From Octopus vulgaris (taxonomy: Eukaryota): a DNA stretch of 64,000 nucleotides. The position numbers and the translations under genes were made by a program. Below, in pieces: positions 1-11,879 of this stretch; within the stretch, counting starts at the first letter, position 1; every line of letters begins with the position of its first letter. The notes beneath the pieces were generated by a model that worked only from the letters and a program-made list of their open reading frames with translations, was not told the origin of the DNA and searched no databases. The stretch lies in assembly GCA_951406725.2 (NCBI GenBank), contig OX597826.1:14012001-14076000 (forward strand). Direction: 5' to 3'.

Positions 1-82
1 CCTGTTACCAAGCACGGTAATACTTCCCCCTAATCCAGACACCTGTTACCAAGCACGGTAATACTTCCCCCTAATCCAGACA
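1..82. repeat. Tandem duplication, 2 x 41 bp
   Basis: cctgttaccaagcacggtaatacttccccctaatccagaca occurs twice. Confidence 0.9.
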
Positions 83-219
83 TGAATCTGACATTTTTCT
101 GACAAGAGGTTTTTTCTTTATACAGAGTAGAGCATGCAAAATTTGCTTCAACAATTCCGTCTGAGCCATGCAAGCATGGAAAAAAAGAATGTAGAATAAT
201 AATAATTATTATTATTATT

Positions 220-590
220 AAGGCAATGACCTGGCAGAACCATTAGCATGCCAGACAAGATACTTAGTGGCATTTCATCTATCGTTACATTTTGAGTTCA
301 AATTCCACTGTCATCATCATTATTGTTCGACCGTGGTCAAGACAATGGAATTTACCATGCTACGCCAGACTTCACGGTCCATCATGGCATTACGGAGGTC
401 CTGTTGATGGATGCCTGTATCCCTGGAGATTACATCAGGGTAGGAGAGTGTGCGCCCTCTGTGCTCAACTTTGCCTTTTATCCTTTCAGGGTTGATAAAG
501 TAAGTACCAGTTGAGTACTGGGGTTGATGAAAGTGACTATGTACATACCCTAAAATTTCAGGCCTTGTGGCTATAGTAGAAAGGATCTTT
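220..590 (+). mobile_element. tRNA-derived SINE (Deu/Nin-like core) interrupted by a minus-strand LINE 3' fragment (~310-462)
   Basis: Core cctttcagggttgataaagtaagtaccagttgagtactggggt. The inserted piece is the reverse complement of 17248-17390. Confidence 0.7.
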
Positions 591-910
591 ACCCCCATCT
601 TAGCGAAGGCAGAGGTATTGTTTTCAATAGTGTTTGTTTGTTCGTTATTTGTCTGTGGACAAGATATCTCAAGAATCGCTGGATGGGTTCGGATGAAAAT
701 TTCAGTAATGTTTGGCCTTGTGACTGGCACAAACTGATTAAATTTTGGGACCAATCTGGTACCTGATAAGGATTCTGGATTATTTGTTATATTCACTTTA
801 CATGAATTATTACAAAAGATTCTCATTTTAAAAATCATCTTCGGCTAATCGTTGAGAGGACATTGGTGTTGCCTTGGTAGAGGTTTGCGCTCTCTGAATG
901 CTCTTGTTAT
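590..910 (+). mobile_element. Helentron/DINE-1-like non-autonomous element
   Basis: Sub-terminal ..aaggcagaggtattgtttt and 3' ccttggtagaggtttgcgctctctgaatgctcttgtt. A second copy lies inverted at 50198-50470. Confidence 0.55.
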
Positions 911-1625
911 TATTGTTATGACTGAGCTTAGGGTACAAAGCTATTGACAAATGGTAGCATTGTTTTAAAGAAAAGTGACAAACATTGACTCTGATTGCTG
1001 TTAAGCCCAAAGTCAGTTCTGACAAAACAGATCTCCAATCAAAAGCATTCTGGCCTCATTTTCTTTTCAAGAACAGAGTACTCTAAATTGTATTATCAAG
1101 AGTGTCGTTTTCTTATTAAGACAAGTGTAGTTGAAGGAAGATTTGGTCACGATTTCTAGCAACTTGAGTGACCACGCAGAGGCTTTCTCATTAATCCACA
1201 GAAGTACAAGGTACATAGCGAATTCTTTGATACAGACATGAAGGAATTTGCAATCATTTCAGAAACGAATTGACCTAAACAAAAGACTAAATTAATTATT
1301 CTAGTATAAAAAGAAAACCAGATTTGCTTTTAGAACTTTCTCTATTGACTAATATTACACGCAAGCATCACATGACAATAGAGAAAATTATTCATAAAGA
1401 TTAAAAGGCTTTGACAGGTTTTATTGTAAGAATGAATACAGCTGTTTGTATATAGTGCAAGATAAGTATTATACTGACTCACAGGTTTATGCTGAATGAA
1501 GCCGATGGATAACTGGTCTTCCACCTGTACAATGGTAACTGTTCAAGTTAACGAGGATGATGTAATGAGTCGAGTTAAAATATACAGACAGGAAGTGAGT
1601 GAAAAAAAAAAAGTAGTTCTATATA

Positions 1626-2018
1626 AGGTGCAGGAGTGGCTGTGTGGTAAGTAGCTTGCTAACCAACCACATGGTTCCGGGTTCAGTCCCACTGCGTGGC
1701 ACCATGGGCAAGTGTCTTCTACTATAGCCTCGGACTGACCAAAGCCTTGTGAGTGGATTTGGTAGAGGGAAACTGAAAGAAGCCCATCGTATATATATAT
1801 GTGTGTATGTGAGTGTGTGTTTGTCCCCCTAGCATTGCTTGACAACCGATGCTGGTGTGTTTACGTCCCTGTCACTTAGCGGTTCGGCAAAAGGGACCGA
1901 TAGAATAAGTACTGGGCTTACAAAGAATAAGTCCCGGGGTCGATTTGCTCGACTAAAGGCGGTGCTCCAGCATGGCCGCAGTCAAATGACTGAAACAAGT
2001 AAAAGAGTAAAAGAGTAT
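1626..2018 (+). mobile_element. Major tRNA-derived SINE (family A, ~400 bp)
   Basis: Head ggtgcaggagtggctgtgtggtaag...ggttcagtccc with A/B-box-like motifs, an internal (TA/TG)n and tail gtaaaagagtaaaagagta. More than 10 copies in the window. Confidence 0.9.
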
Positions 2019-2567
2019 AAGGGGAAATGTACGCATTGTTTAATATGGGATTAGGTTACATGCTTGCACCTATGCACTTTTCAAAGGACCACCAACAAGA
2101 ATTTACGTGGCCTGACAAATTTGGTGATAATTCATTAAAATTTATGCATACACAGGAGCGGACACTGACCTCAATAATTCTGTAATTAAATCAAAACCCA
2201 GTTTTTTTTTCTTTGTTTCCCCATCCATACACAGCAAACACTTAACATTCCTTAAATTATGATATTTTACGAAGACGCAAAAGATGTTTAATTGCCGAAA
2301 CTTACAAAAGTGTTGAATTGGGCACTTTAAGGGGAAGCTAAGATGATCCAAAGTATACACTGTAAGTGTGTTTGTGTGTATGTTCATATGTACTGGTTTA
2401 TGTGTGAGTATGCACATATATATATGTGAGTATGATTTTATATACGTATAGTTGTACAAATTACATGTCCTTAAACTTGTTTGTGTTCATCTGGGTCAGT
2501 ACATACATGTGATTTTGTATGCGTGCCCACCATGAGTGTTAATCATTATATATATATATATATATAT

Positions 2568-2868
2568 CACCATGACTGACCAGGCTATCAGATGTTGCTA
2601 TACATTGCTGGTCACAATGCGCTTCGCATTGTTTTAGCCTTCAAATGACTCCACCCTGCTGGCTAAGCGAGCAGGCCAACAGAAGAAAGAGTGAGAGAAA
2701 GTTGTGGCGTAAGAGTACAGCGGGGATCTCCACCACACCCTGCCAGAGCCTCGTGGAACTTTAGGTGCTTTCGCTCAATAAACACTCACAATGTCTGGTC
2801 AGGGAATCGAACCCGTGATCCAACAACAACCATGAGTCCGCTGCCCTAACCACTGGGCCACTGTGCAT
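2568..2868 (-). mobile_element. tRNA-derived SINE (family C)
   Basis: Minus-strand head cccagtggttagggcagcggactc..ggttcgattccc. A near-identical copy lies at 50805-51114. Confidence 0.8.
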
Positions 2869-2983
2869 GCACGCACATATACGTGTGTGTGTGTGTATGT
2901 GTGAGAGAGAGAGAGAGAGAGAAAGTTTCACTTTTCTTCCTTCACTGGGACTGTCTCTGTACTGCTCCTGATTATAATCTAAA

Positions 2984-3371
2984 TACTCTTTACTCTTTTA
3001 CTTGTTTCAGTCATTTGACTGTGGCCATGCTGGAGCACCGCCTTTAGTCGAGCAAATCGACCCTAGGACTTATTCTTTGGAAGCCTAGTACTTATTCTAT
3101 TGGTCTCTTAAACCAAACCGCTAAGTTACAGTGACGTAAACACACCAGTATCGGTTGTCAAGCAATGTTGGGGGTACAAACACAGACACACATATATACA
3201 TATATATGACGGGCTTCTTTTAGTTTCCGTCTACCAAATCCACTCACAAGGCTTTGGTCAGCCTGAGGCTATAGTAGAAGACACTTGCCCAAGGTGCCAT
3301 GCAGTAGGACTGAACTCGGAACCATGTGGTTGGTAAACAAGCTACTTACCACACAGCCACTCCTACGCCTA
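2984..3371 (-). mobile_element. SINE family A
   Basis: Reverse complement of 1626-2018. Confidence 0.9.
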
Positions 3372-3516
3372 TGATTAATCCAAATAAAATATTTGTATTA
3401 TCTAAAGTCTCTGTCTGAAGAATTTGTAATAGGAAATTCCTTACATGTCCATCTAATATATAAAACATTTTAATTCCTGTTAGCATCCACAACCTCTAGG
3501 ATACAACCATCTGCAC

Positions 3517-4775
3517 CTGAAGGTTTCATCAAGTACAATTTTTCGAATTTGGAGACATATGGAGAAACCTTTTTTAATTTTAACTTGACTCAGGGAAGGG
3601 AACTTTTCTGCAAGATATGCAAATGCGGCGGATTCTTTGTCCAAAGCTTTCACAAATTGCTTAAACAAATCAAGTTTAATATGCGAAGGTGGTAAAAGAA
3701 TTCTATCACTTTTCACAAGTGGTTTGTGCATGATGTATTTTCCTTGCTCAGTTTCATCTCGGAACGGCCAATCCTTGTGTACATAATGTTCAGCTCTTGC
3801 TCTGGAATTCCATAAGCACAGGAAGCAGGAAAATTTAGTATAGCCAAGCTGAAGGCCAGTAAGAATGACCACAACCTTAAAATCTGCACAAATATGCCAG
3901 GGATGGTCATCATATTGTATGCTTGTTAGAATTGCTTTCAGATTTTCATGATTCTTTCATGGTTGTGCTATAAGCTATGCGAACAGAAGGCAGAGTGTTA
4001 CCATTGTGTAGCAGAACAGCTTTGATGCTGTCCTTGGATGCATCTATGAAAAGTCGTCAGTTGGTTTTATTATATGGTATTTCCAGCTGCTCAAAAAGTT
4101 CAGTGATGTCATTACAAAAGCATAAATCATCCTTCATGGTAAACAATGCAAGTAGATCCTCAGTACGTTTTCTGTACAGTGTTATCTTCACTCCTTTCTC
4201 AAGAAGATTACGTTCTTGAAGCCTTGACGCCAGAAACTCACTTTTCTCTTTGGGTCAAATAGAGATCCCTGCACAAGTCATTTAGAGCCTCTTGAGAAAA
4301 TGGTATTGGTTTATTCTCGCTTTCTGGATCATTGGGCTCCACACATTCACCACTGGAATGTTCATCAGCACTGCTGGAACTCTGCATTTCTTGATCTGGA
4401 GGTTTGGGCACAGGTAATTTTTCTGAGTGCTCTACTGGGCGCATTGTTGATTGCAAATTTGGGTAAACAATGTGTTTCTTTTTCTTTGCTGTAGTACAGC
4501 CTGTAAAGTCATGGTGACAGAAATGGCAATCATTAGAGTGATCTTTCTGCTCACACCAAACTTCATGTGAACATTTTCCCCTGCATACCAGGCACTCAAT
4601 GCTTTCACACATGTAAGGCAACACACATGAGGAGCCCATGACTTATCCTGGTCTCCTAAGTAACAATTGAAGATGCCTTATATATTTTCTTGATATGGTG
4701 TGTAATACAGCAGTTTTCTTTAGCAAAAGTCAAATCCCCACAGATATAACAGTCACTATGAGGATATATAAACCT
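3517..4775 (-). mobile_element. Decayed DNA transposase, Chapaev3-like (CMC superfamily)
   Basis: Frameshifted motifs YICG, GDQDKSWAPHVCC, EQKDHSNDCHFC, YPNLQS.RPV.H..LPVP, CFLCLWNSR and LLPPSHIKLDLFKQFVKAL. Family assignment is from motif recall. Confidence 0.7.
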
Positions 4776-4872
4776 CTTATATGGATAGTTTTACACTGGT
4801 TTAATATATTATATCTTGAAGATATATTTCTTCAATAAATATATATATATACAATAAAATATAAAATATTAT

Positions 4873-5113
4873 TAAGAAAATGGAGAGAATAATGGTTATA
4901 AATTAATCTATCAATTAATTAACATTGCCTACAATTGTTTCAATTTACACCCAATACAATTTGCCCTGAAGATATTTCGCCCCAAATCTTCAAAATGCAA
5001 ACTTATTTTATTATATGTTTTGTAATTTGTATTGGGTGTAAATTGAAACAATTGTAGGCAATGTTAATTAATTAATAAATTGATTTATATCCATTAATCT
5101 CTCCATTTTCTTA
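4873..5113. repeat. Fold-back palindrome (~88-bp arms)
   Basis: aattaacattgcctacaattgtttcaatttacacccaatacaa / ttgtattgggtgtaaattgaaacaattgtaggcaatgttaatt. Confidence 0.85.
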
Positions 5114-5124
5114 CTCAATAATGT

Positions 5125-5372
5125 GAGTGTGTGTGTATCTGCCTGTCTTTGTGTTTGTTTGTACTCCCACCATCACCACTTGACAACCGGTGTTGGTGTG
5201 CTTACGTCGCCGCAACTTAGTGGTTCAGCAAAATAGACCGAGAGAATAAGTACCAAGCTTAAAAAAAAAAAAACAAAACAAGTACTGGGGTCGTCGATTC
5301 GTTCAACTAAAAAAACTCTTTGAGGCAGTGCTCCAGCATGGCCACAGTCAAATGACAAACAAGTAAAAGAAT
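5125..5372 (+). mobile_element. SINE family A, 3' half
   Basis: ttgacaaccggtgttggtgtg...gctccagcatggccacagtcaaatgac. Confidence 0.75.
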
Positions 5373-5524
5373 ATTTATATGAATATATATGTGCCCCAGC
5401 ATGGCCACAGCTCGTGAGCTGAAACTAGATGAAAAATATATATATATGTGTGTGTGTGTAATTAATGAAACATTTGATTTGATCGGTTTAAATATCAGCA
5501 AAGCCACTGCATTAAAAAAAAAAA

Positions 5525-5945
5525 GGATCTTTTCGGTTTGACCGGCAGTTTTTTCTAGCAGTGTCATATGAAACTGTGACCCATAATTATGACCCTAGTA
5601 TCGATCTATTGCATTTCAATCTGTTTTAGGCTTAGGGTTAGTTAGGGGTGTGGGGAAGGGTATCTTTTTTTCTTCACAAATGTAAATAAACCCAATCTAT
5701 TTCTTAAAATAAGGACATATTCATACGGCACAAAATGCTTTCACCTCAATAGACGTCATTGATTGGTTGAAATTGCAGAAATTGAAGAAAAAAAACAAGA
5801 AATATCTTACAAACTATAGAATTTTCTCAATAAAGCCAAGAGAAAAAGATGTTTTATAAACACATTCTAGCAGTATACGAAGTTTAAAAGTGTTTAGTTA
5901 CGTGGAAATTATTTTAAAAAACTGCCGGTCAAACCGAAAAGATCC
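5525..5945. mobile_element. MITE with GGATCTTTTCGGTTTGA TIR
   Basis: ~28-bp TIRs and an internal ttaggg-like tract. Four copies in the window. Confidence 0.85.
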
Positions 5946-5959
5946 CCCCCAAAATTCTG

Positions 5960-7152
5960 TTGCAATACGAAGGTATTTAAACGGGACAATCGATAGCATT
6001 TGTTCTCAGAGCGGTCATCGATTTTACTGCTGGCTTTTCGAAGATTTCCGTAAAAAAATTTTACTTATTTATTTTTGTTTTCATGACGTGTCGAAAGCGG
6101 CGGAAAGTGAAATAGACGAGAGCGCGCGCGCACGCACACACACCCACCCATTGAAAGATAACGGTTGGACCTATGTGTGTGAGTGAATACAAATATGTAA
6201 ATACGAACACGCTCCCGCGCACGCACACATACACTCGTTATATTTCGTACACACGCACACAGATAACGCGCACACGCTCCCGGACATGAAAACAAACAGA
6301 CACGTCCGCCCATAACGGTTTATTATAAACTGATGCCAATACGGAGACCACTCGCAATACGAAAACTCGTAATGCATAGCATTAATTCCCCATAGGAGCA
6401 ATATTATAAATCGTAATTCGTTCCCAGGAAAATATTTTACCTATAAAATTTATAATACTATAAAACCAACCACATAGTTCCTGGGTTCAGTCCCACTGCG
6501 TGGCACCTTGGGCAAGTGTCTTCCTCTATAGCATTGGGCCGACCAAAGCCTTGTGAGTGGATTTGGTAGACGGAAACTAAAAGAAGCCCGTCGTATATAT
6601 GTGTTTGTGTGTCTGTGTTTGCACCCCTAACATCGCTTGACAACCGATGCTGGTGTGTTTACGTCCCCGTAACTTAGCGGCTCGGCAAATGAGACCGATA
6701 GAATAAGTACTAGGCTTACAAAGAATAAGTCCTGGGGTTGATTTACTCGACTAAAGGCGGTGCTCCAGCATGGCCACAGTCAAACGAATGAAACAAATAA
6801 AAGAGTAATATTCATGACAATAAAACAACAATAGAATGTAAATAAAAAGAAAGTCAAAATTATTCATAATAGAAAATATTATATTCGCCTAATCGTTTTC
6901 TGAATCATTTTCACTCGCACTTGTAGATGCGCTCCCAGATTCACAAACACTCGGAGAAGGACTTGTAGATTTCTTTAAAAAAAAAACCAAGTCTAGAGTT
7001 GTTTGCTCAGAAGATTTTTTTTTGCATTCTATAAATTTCTCGGTAACACGCAGAAGCATTTGTCATGATAATAGAAACTATTACACTTCATTAAAAATTT
7101 GTAAACCAGGAGTCTCGTAAAGAGGGCCCTCGTAAAGTGAGGCATTACTATA
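5960..7152. mobile_element. Probable non-autonomous Tigger/pogo-like DNA element interrupted by a SINE
   Basis: TA-flanked terminus cctcgtaaagtgaggcattacta at ~7128-7152, and a minus-strand EQTTLDL.FF C-terminal remnant near 6985-7015. Left boundary uncertain. Confidence 0.35.
6463..6808 (+). mobile_element. SINE family A (5'-truncated)
   Basis: Matches the family A body and tail. Confidence 0.85.
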
Positions 7153-7170
7153 CATGTACAAACATTGTGC

Positions 7171-8345
7171 TAGTGTTGCCAACTTAAAACCAGAATTTCA
7201 TGCTAAATTTCAGAAGAAAAAATACCAAAAGAAATGCTAAAGACTAATTATATCAAAAAGCTTAATTTTTATTTACATTCTTTAATTATATTCAGCATTG
7301 AGAAATAATTTCTTGAATTTCACTGATTTGATAACTTTCAGTTGCAGTGCCTAGGTCTTGACTTCTGTATACATTCAAGGTCCCAATCTTGTTAATCATA
7401 TGTTTTGGAATATCAAAGTTTCTGCAACATTTGCCATATCTTTTCAGGCCATATTTTATGGACAGTATTGATCTAAGCATAGGAAGATACATTTTGTTTG
7501 TCAATTTTGATTTGATTACACCCATACTACTGAACAACCATTCAACTTCTGCATTTGAGTTTGGCGATGTCAATAGATTAATGGCAAAATTGGCAACATC
7601 TCTAAAAGGATTTCCTCCAGTAGCATCTCTATATTCCAAGACTTCCAGCTAGAATACTTCGCTATTAGACATATTTGTCCATTTAACTAAATGAATGCTG
7701 TTAAACTGAATTTCAATAGAGGCAATTTTTTCTTCATTTAAATGCAATGCTTCCAAGACAGGTAAAATTGGCTCTTTGAAATGCTGCAAAATATTCTCTA
7801 CTGAAAAACATTTGATATTCCTCAGTATATTAATATTTCCTGGCAAATGGTACTTGAGCTCTTTATAAAGGCAGAGTAAAAATTGTGCTCTTTTGGGAAT
7901 ATTATTTTCTTCCGTGGCTGTTACAGTCTTCATGATAATCATTTCTGCTATCTTTCTCTCGAACCTATAGCCTAAATTTGGTTTAGGATCCAGAAATTTT
8001 TCAATAGAAGCATCTGGATCAAGAGGATCAATTCTACATGTTGGCTACACTATCATATTAGCAACAGATTTGATCAAATTTGAAAGATTTTCAAGTAATT
8101 TGTTTTGTCAAACAGTTTATTCCCTTCTTGAACATGTTTTAAAATTGGATGCAAAAATAAATGGTAAAGTTCATTCCTAGAATCACAAGACATTTCATGT
8201 AACGTTTGTGCTGTAAAGCATTTTTCTTTTGTAGTTGTAGTTTGGAAGTGAGTTTGCAATTCAAACCATTGGCTTAAAATTCTATTTACAGTTGGTTCTC
8301 TTGACAGCCACATAGTTGTACAAGAATTCACAATTTTCAAAGGCT
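7171..8345 (-). mobile_element. Decayed hAT-superfamily transposase
   Basis: ORF pieces 8074-8340, 7649-7942 and 7292-7639 carry the hAT dimerisation-like NLLTSPNSNAEVEWLFSSM..KSKL.NKM. Terminal TAGTGTTGCCAACT at 7171. Confidence 0.75.
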
Positions 8346-9477
8346 CTTTATCACGTCACCAAACAAAAGTAAATAAATAAGAACTTTTTACAGAAATTAA
8401 CGAAGTCTGAGACAGTTCTGACTGCCTTAAATGGCTTACAAAGAATAAATACTGGGGTCGATTTGCTCGACTAAAGACTGTGCTACCGCATGGCCACAGT
8501 CATATGACTGGAACAAGTAAAAGAATAAATATATAGATGGGTGTATAAAGAGATAGATATGTCTTCTTGGGGGTAAAAACAACAGTAGCACCGTCCTCTA
8601 TAGGACCGCCACATTTGGAGAATATATTGTATCCCACTCGTCTAGTTTATACAAATTTTGTAGCCGCACTAACAACTACGTAGCTTACCCACTTTGGTTA
8701 GAAACTGTAAATGCACAGCCGTTTTCAGATGATCCACAAAATTTACGAAAACCTTCACAGAGCATAAAACACGTCGTAGACCGTTAGACGGTTCCTCCAA
8801 GATGTATATTGACTTAATTTCTTGTCTCCTAGCTCTCTCTTTCTCTACAACCCATTTTTAAGTATATTAACATTTTGTGAAGTTCCCATTAAAATAAAGT
8901 TCTCGCACATACAACATACAGATATATTGCTTTTAATTTCGATGAATAGGGTTTAATAGAGAGACAGGTAATCAGCATCTCTACAGTGACGTTAATTTTG
9001 ATAATAGTCAAACCAAGAATCGGAGCACCGTGAAGTGATATTGGTTGTGGTAAATATATGACTGTATCTGTATAGGTGCTTTCATTTGTCAAAGGAATTT
9101 AAATGGGCAAACAAGATCTAACGAGAACACCTCTGCGGCAGGGGCCGGTAAAGAGAAGGGCCATTGAAGGCTCGGACTTTTTCTATTAGAAAGTGTTTCA
9201 GAATTATATTTAATGCATTTGAAGGGGTTAATGCAGTTTTGCACCTCTCCTTCAAAAATGCATTTTTTTTTTTGAAATTCTTTTTTTTTATATATCTGAT
9301 TCCAACGTTTTAGATGTCGGAAATTACAAATATGCAACCCCCCCCCACCAAAACCAACACCACTCCCTGCTCCCATTTAAAATTTTGAACTTTTCCGAAA
9401 TTTTCTTTTCCAATGTTTTTAGATGACGAAGATTCCAGATATGCAAGAAACCATGTTTTGAAACTTTTGAATTCAAC

Positions 9478-9649
9478 AGGCGTAGGAGTGGCTGTGTAGT
9501 AAGTAGCTTGCTTACAAACCACATGGTTCCGGGTTCAGTCCCATTGCGTGGCACCTTGGGCAAGTATCTTCTACTATAGCCTTGGGCTGACCAAACGCTT
9601 GTGAGTGGATTTGGTAGACGGAAACTGAAAGAAGCCCATCGTATATATG

Positions 9650-9682
<33 letters not shown>

Positions 9683-9880
9683 TTGTCCCTCCAGCATCGC
9701 TTGACAACCGATACTGACGCGTTTACGTCCCCGTAAACTAGCGGTTCGGCAAAACGGACCGATAGAATAAGTACTAGGCTTACAAAGAATAAGTCCTGGA
9801 GTCGATTTGCACGACTAAAGGCGGTGCTGCCGCATGGCCACAGTCATATGACTGAAACAAGTAAAAGAGTAAAAGAATAA
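9478..9880 (+). mobile_element. SINE family A
   Basis: Full-length match. Confidence 0.9.
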
Positions 9881-10167
9881 ATATATAGATGGGTGTATAA
9901 AGAGATAGATATGTCTTCTTGGGGGTAAAAAACAACAGTAACACCGTCCTCTATAGGACCGTCACATTTGGCGAATATATTGGTATGAGTAAACGGATGA
10001 GGATAAATAGACAAATAAATAGATGGATGAAAAAGTTCAAAATTTAAAATTGGGGGAGGGGTGAAATCTGAGCCCCTTATTAAACTTCATAACATTAATT
10101 ATTAAATATCAATGTTTGCTTCTCATGCGGATGTGGTGTGTATTTAACTTACATTATATTATTTATG

Positions 10168-10319
10168 GGCGTAACTTCGGTATAAGTACCGGATACATTT
10201 CAAGAAAGTGTTTTTTTTTATATATATGGGGGGTTGGGGTTAGGGGTGGGAGAAGAGGGTTTCTCTTATCTTCAGAAATATAAACAAAGTCACGTGTGTA
10301 CCTATACCGAAGGATCGCC
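10168..10319. mobile_element. Small MITE, GG termini, 8-bp TSD (Merlin-like)
   Basis: TSD tatttatg at 10160-10167 and 10320-10327. TIR ggcgtaacttcggtata / tataccgaaggatcgcc. Confidence 0.7.
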
Positions 10320-11029
10320 TATTTATGATTATTTAAGGCAAACAAGTAAAACGCAAATTCTTTTCACTTTAATGCTTTTGAATTTAATTTCGATTTGCAT
10401 ATATTCTCATTAAAGTAAACAAAATCAAAAACTTAAATGGGGGGAGAGGTGGGGTTTAATAAAAAAAATTTTTTTTCGTCATCTCCCACATAAAAAAATG
10501 CATTTTTCAAGGAGAGGCGCGAAACTGTATTGGCCCCCATTTGAGGGTCATTCAGCAGTTAGCTAATGGTTTAGGGTCCTTTGTCACGATTTAGTTTTTG
10601 TTAGCATAAGCTCTGACAGTGATAGGAAAGGAGAGATAGAAGCAGAGTATTTTTATGTAAAGATACATGATGTTCATGCAGGCTACGAACAAAGATGCAA
10701 TAATTAAAAGAGAGGCATTGCAAAAAAAAAAAAAACAATCGCTGATTCTCGCTGTGTTGCCAATCGATCTACACAAGATATCAGTAAAACTAAAAACCAT
10801 GCCCAAGCGTTTAAAAAAGAATAGAGACGGGTTTGTATAATGTAGGACGATCACAGCTGGAGCACTTGCCATCAGGGTTTTCTGCTCCGTCAGAGCAGAT
10901 TCATTGAACTTATAAACCATTCCAAACTTTGTTGGAATAAAAATTACATTTAAAGTAAATGTGAATTTTCTGGAAGTCTGAGTTAAAATTACTAGATATG
11001 AATTTTAACCAACCTTCTCCTTGTGTGTC

Positions 11030-11460
11030 TCCATTTCTTCCAAGGAGGGAATTTGGAATAAGCGACGTGCTCCCGCCATCATCGAATCATTCGGATTAAA
11101 ATAGGGTTGCATCGAAAACTCACTTAGTGGAACGAACCTCGTCGGCACTTAAAGTCTTTCCGGTGTCGATTTTCTCAATTCACTGCAGGAGTGTCACTTG
11201 TTTTTGGGAAAAAAATTACGGAAAGAACAGTCATCGCTGAAAATTTGATCGTTTTTATTTATTAATTTATTTTTTGGTCGAAATAAATATTGAGAAATTT
11301 TCCATTGCAAGTATTGTTCAGATATTTGAAAAAAATATTTCGTTATCCCATTCCAGCTTTTGAATTATTGTGCATTATTTAAAATGGCGGCTCTCATTGT
11401 TGTGGAAACTATTTTCCATGAGTTTATCAGTTTGCATTCAACTCTGTCAGCGTAAATACG
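11030..11460. promoter_or_regulatory. Probable AKAP17A promoter/5' region with YY1-type motif AAAATGGCGG (11381-11390)
   Basis: Repeat-free, locally CpG-richer segment upstream of the ATG with a canonical YY1 consensus. Confidence 0.45.
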
Positions 11461-11879
11461 ACTAATTTAATGTATTCTACCTTAGACTGTAAGTAGCAAT
11501 ATTTTGTACGATATTCCATTGACATATTTAAAGGGAAATCTGTGTTTAGATGAAAGCAATGTGCACAGATTGTGAAAAACAAAGCATATGTGGTCAACTC
11601 TTGACCATGTCTTCTCTCTTACTAAACCAGATGGTCAGAAAGCATTTCTCTCTACATTCCCACAACTTTTCTTTGTATTTCTGTCTCTAAACCCTTTCAG
11701 TAACTGTCTCTTTATTTACATATGTAAACCCGATTTATACTAAGTTATTTTTCCTATATAAGCCCTCTTATTCCTCCCTCAACCAGAAAAAAGAAAAGAA
11801 ATATTAGAGGAAGACAGAGAACCCCCCCCCCATTTTGTAATATTTCCTGTAAAACTGTGGACTGGATTAAGTCGTCGCA

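Noticed and set aside
320-838. 172-aa minus-strand ORF
   Set aside because: Chance read-through across a Helentron-like element, an antisense SINE and a LINE tail.
1543-2054. Recurrent ORFs with DGLLSVSVYQIHSQGFG / RRASFSFRLPNPLTRLWS
   Set aside because: Translations of SINE family A that recur at every copy.
4966-5000. Possible hammerhead ribozyme core (CTGAAGA...)
   Set aside because: No intact GAAA core or cleavage-site helix could be assembled by eye.
10591-10920. 109-aa minus-strand ORF near the AKAP17A promoter
   Set aside because: No recognisable homology, runs through a homopolymer tract, and lacks convincing splice context.
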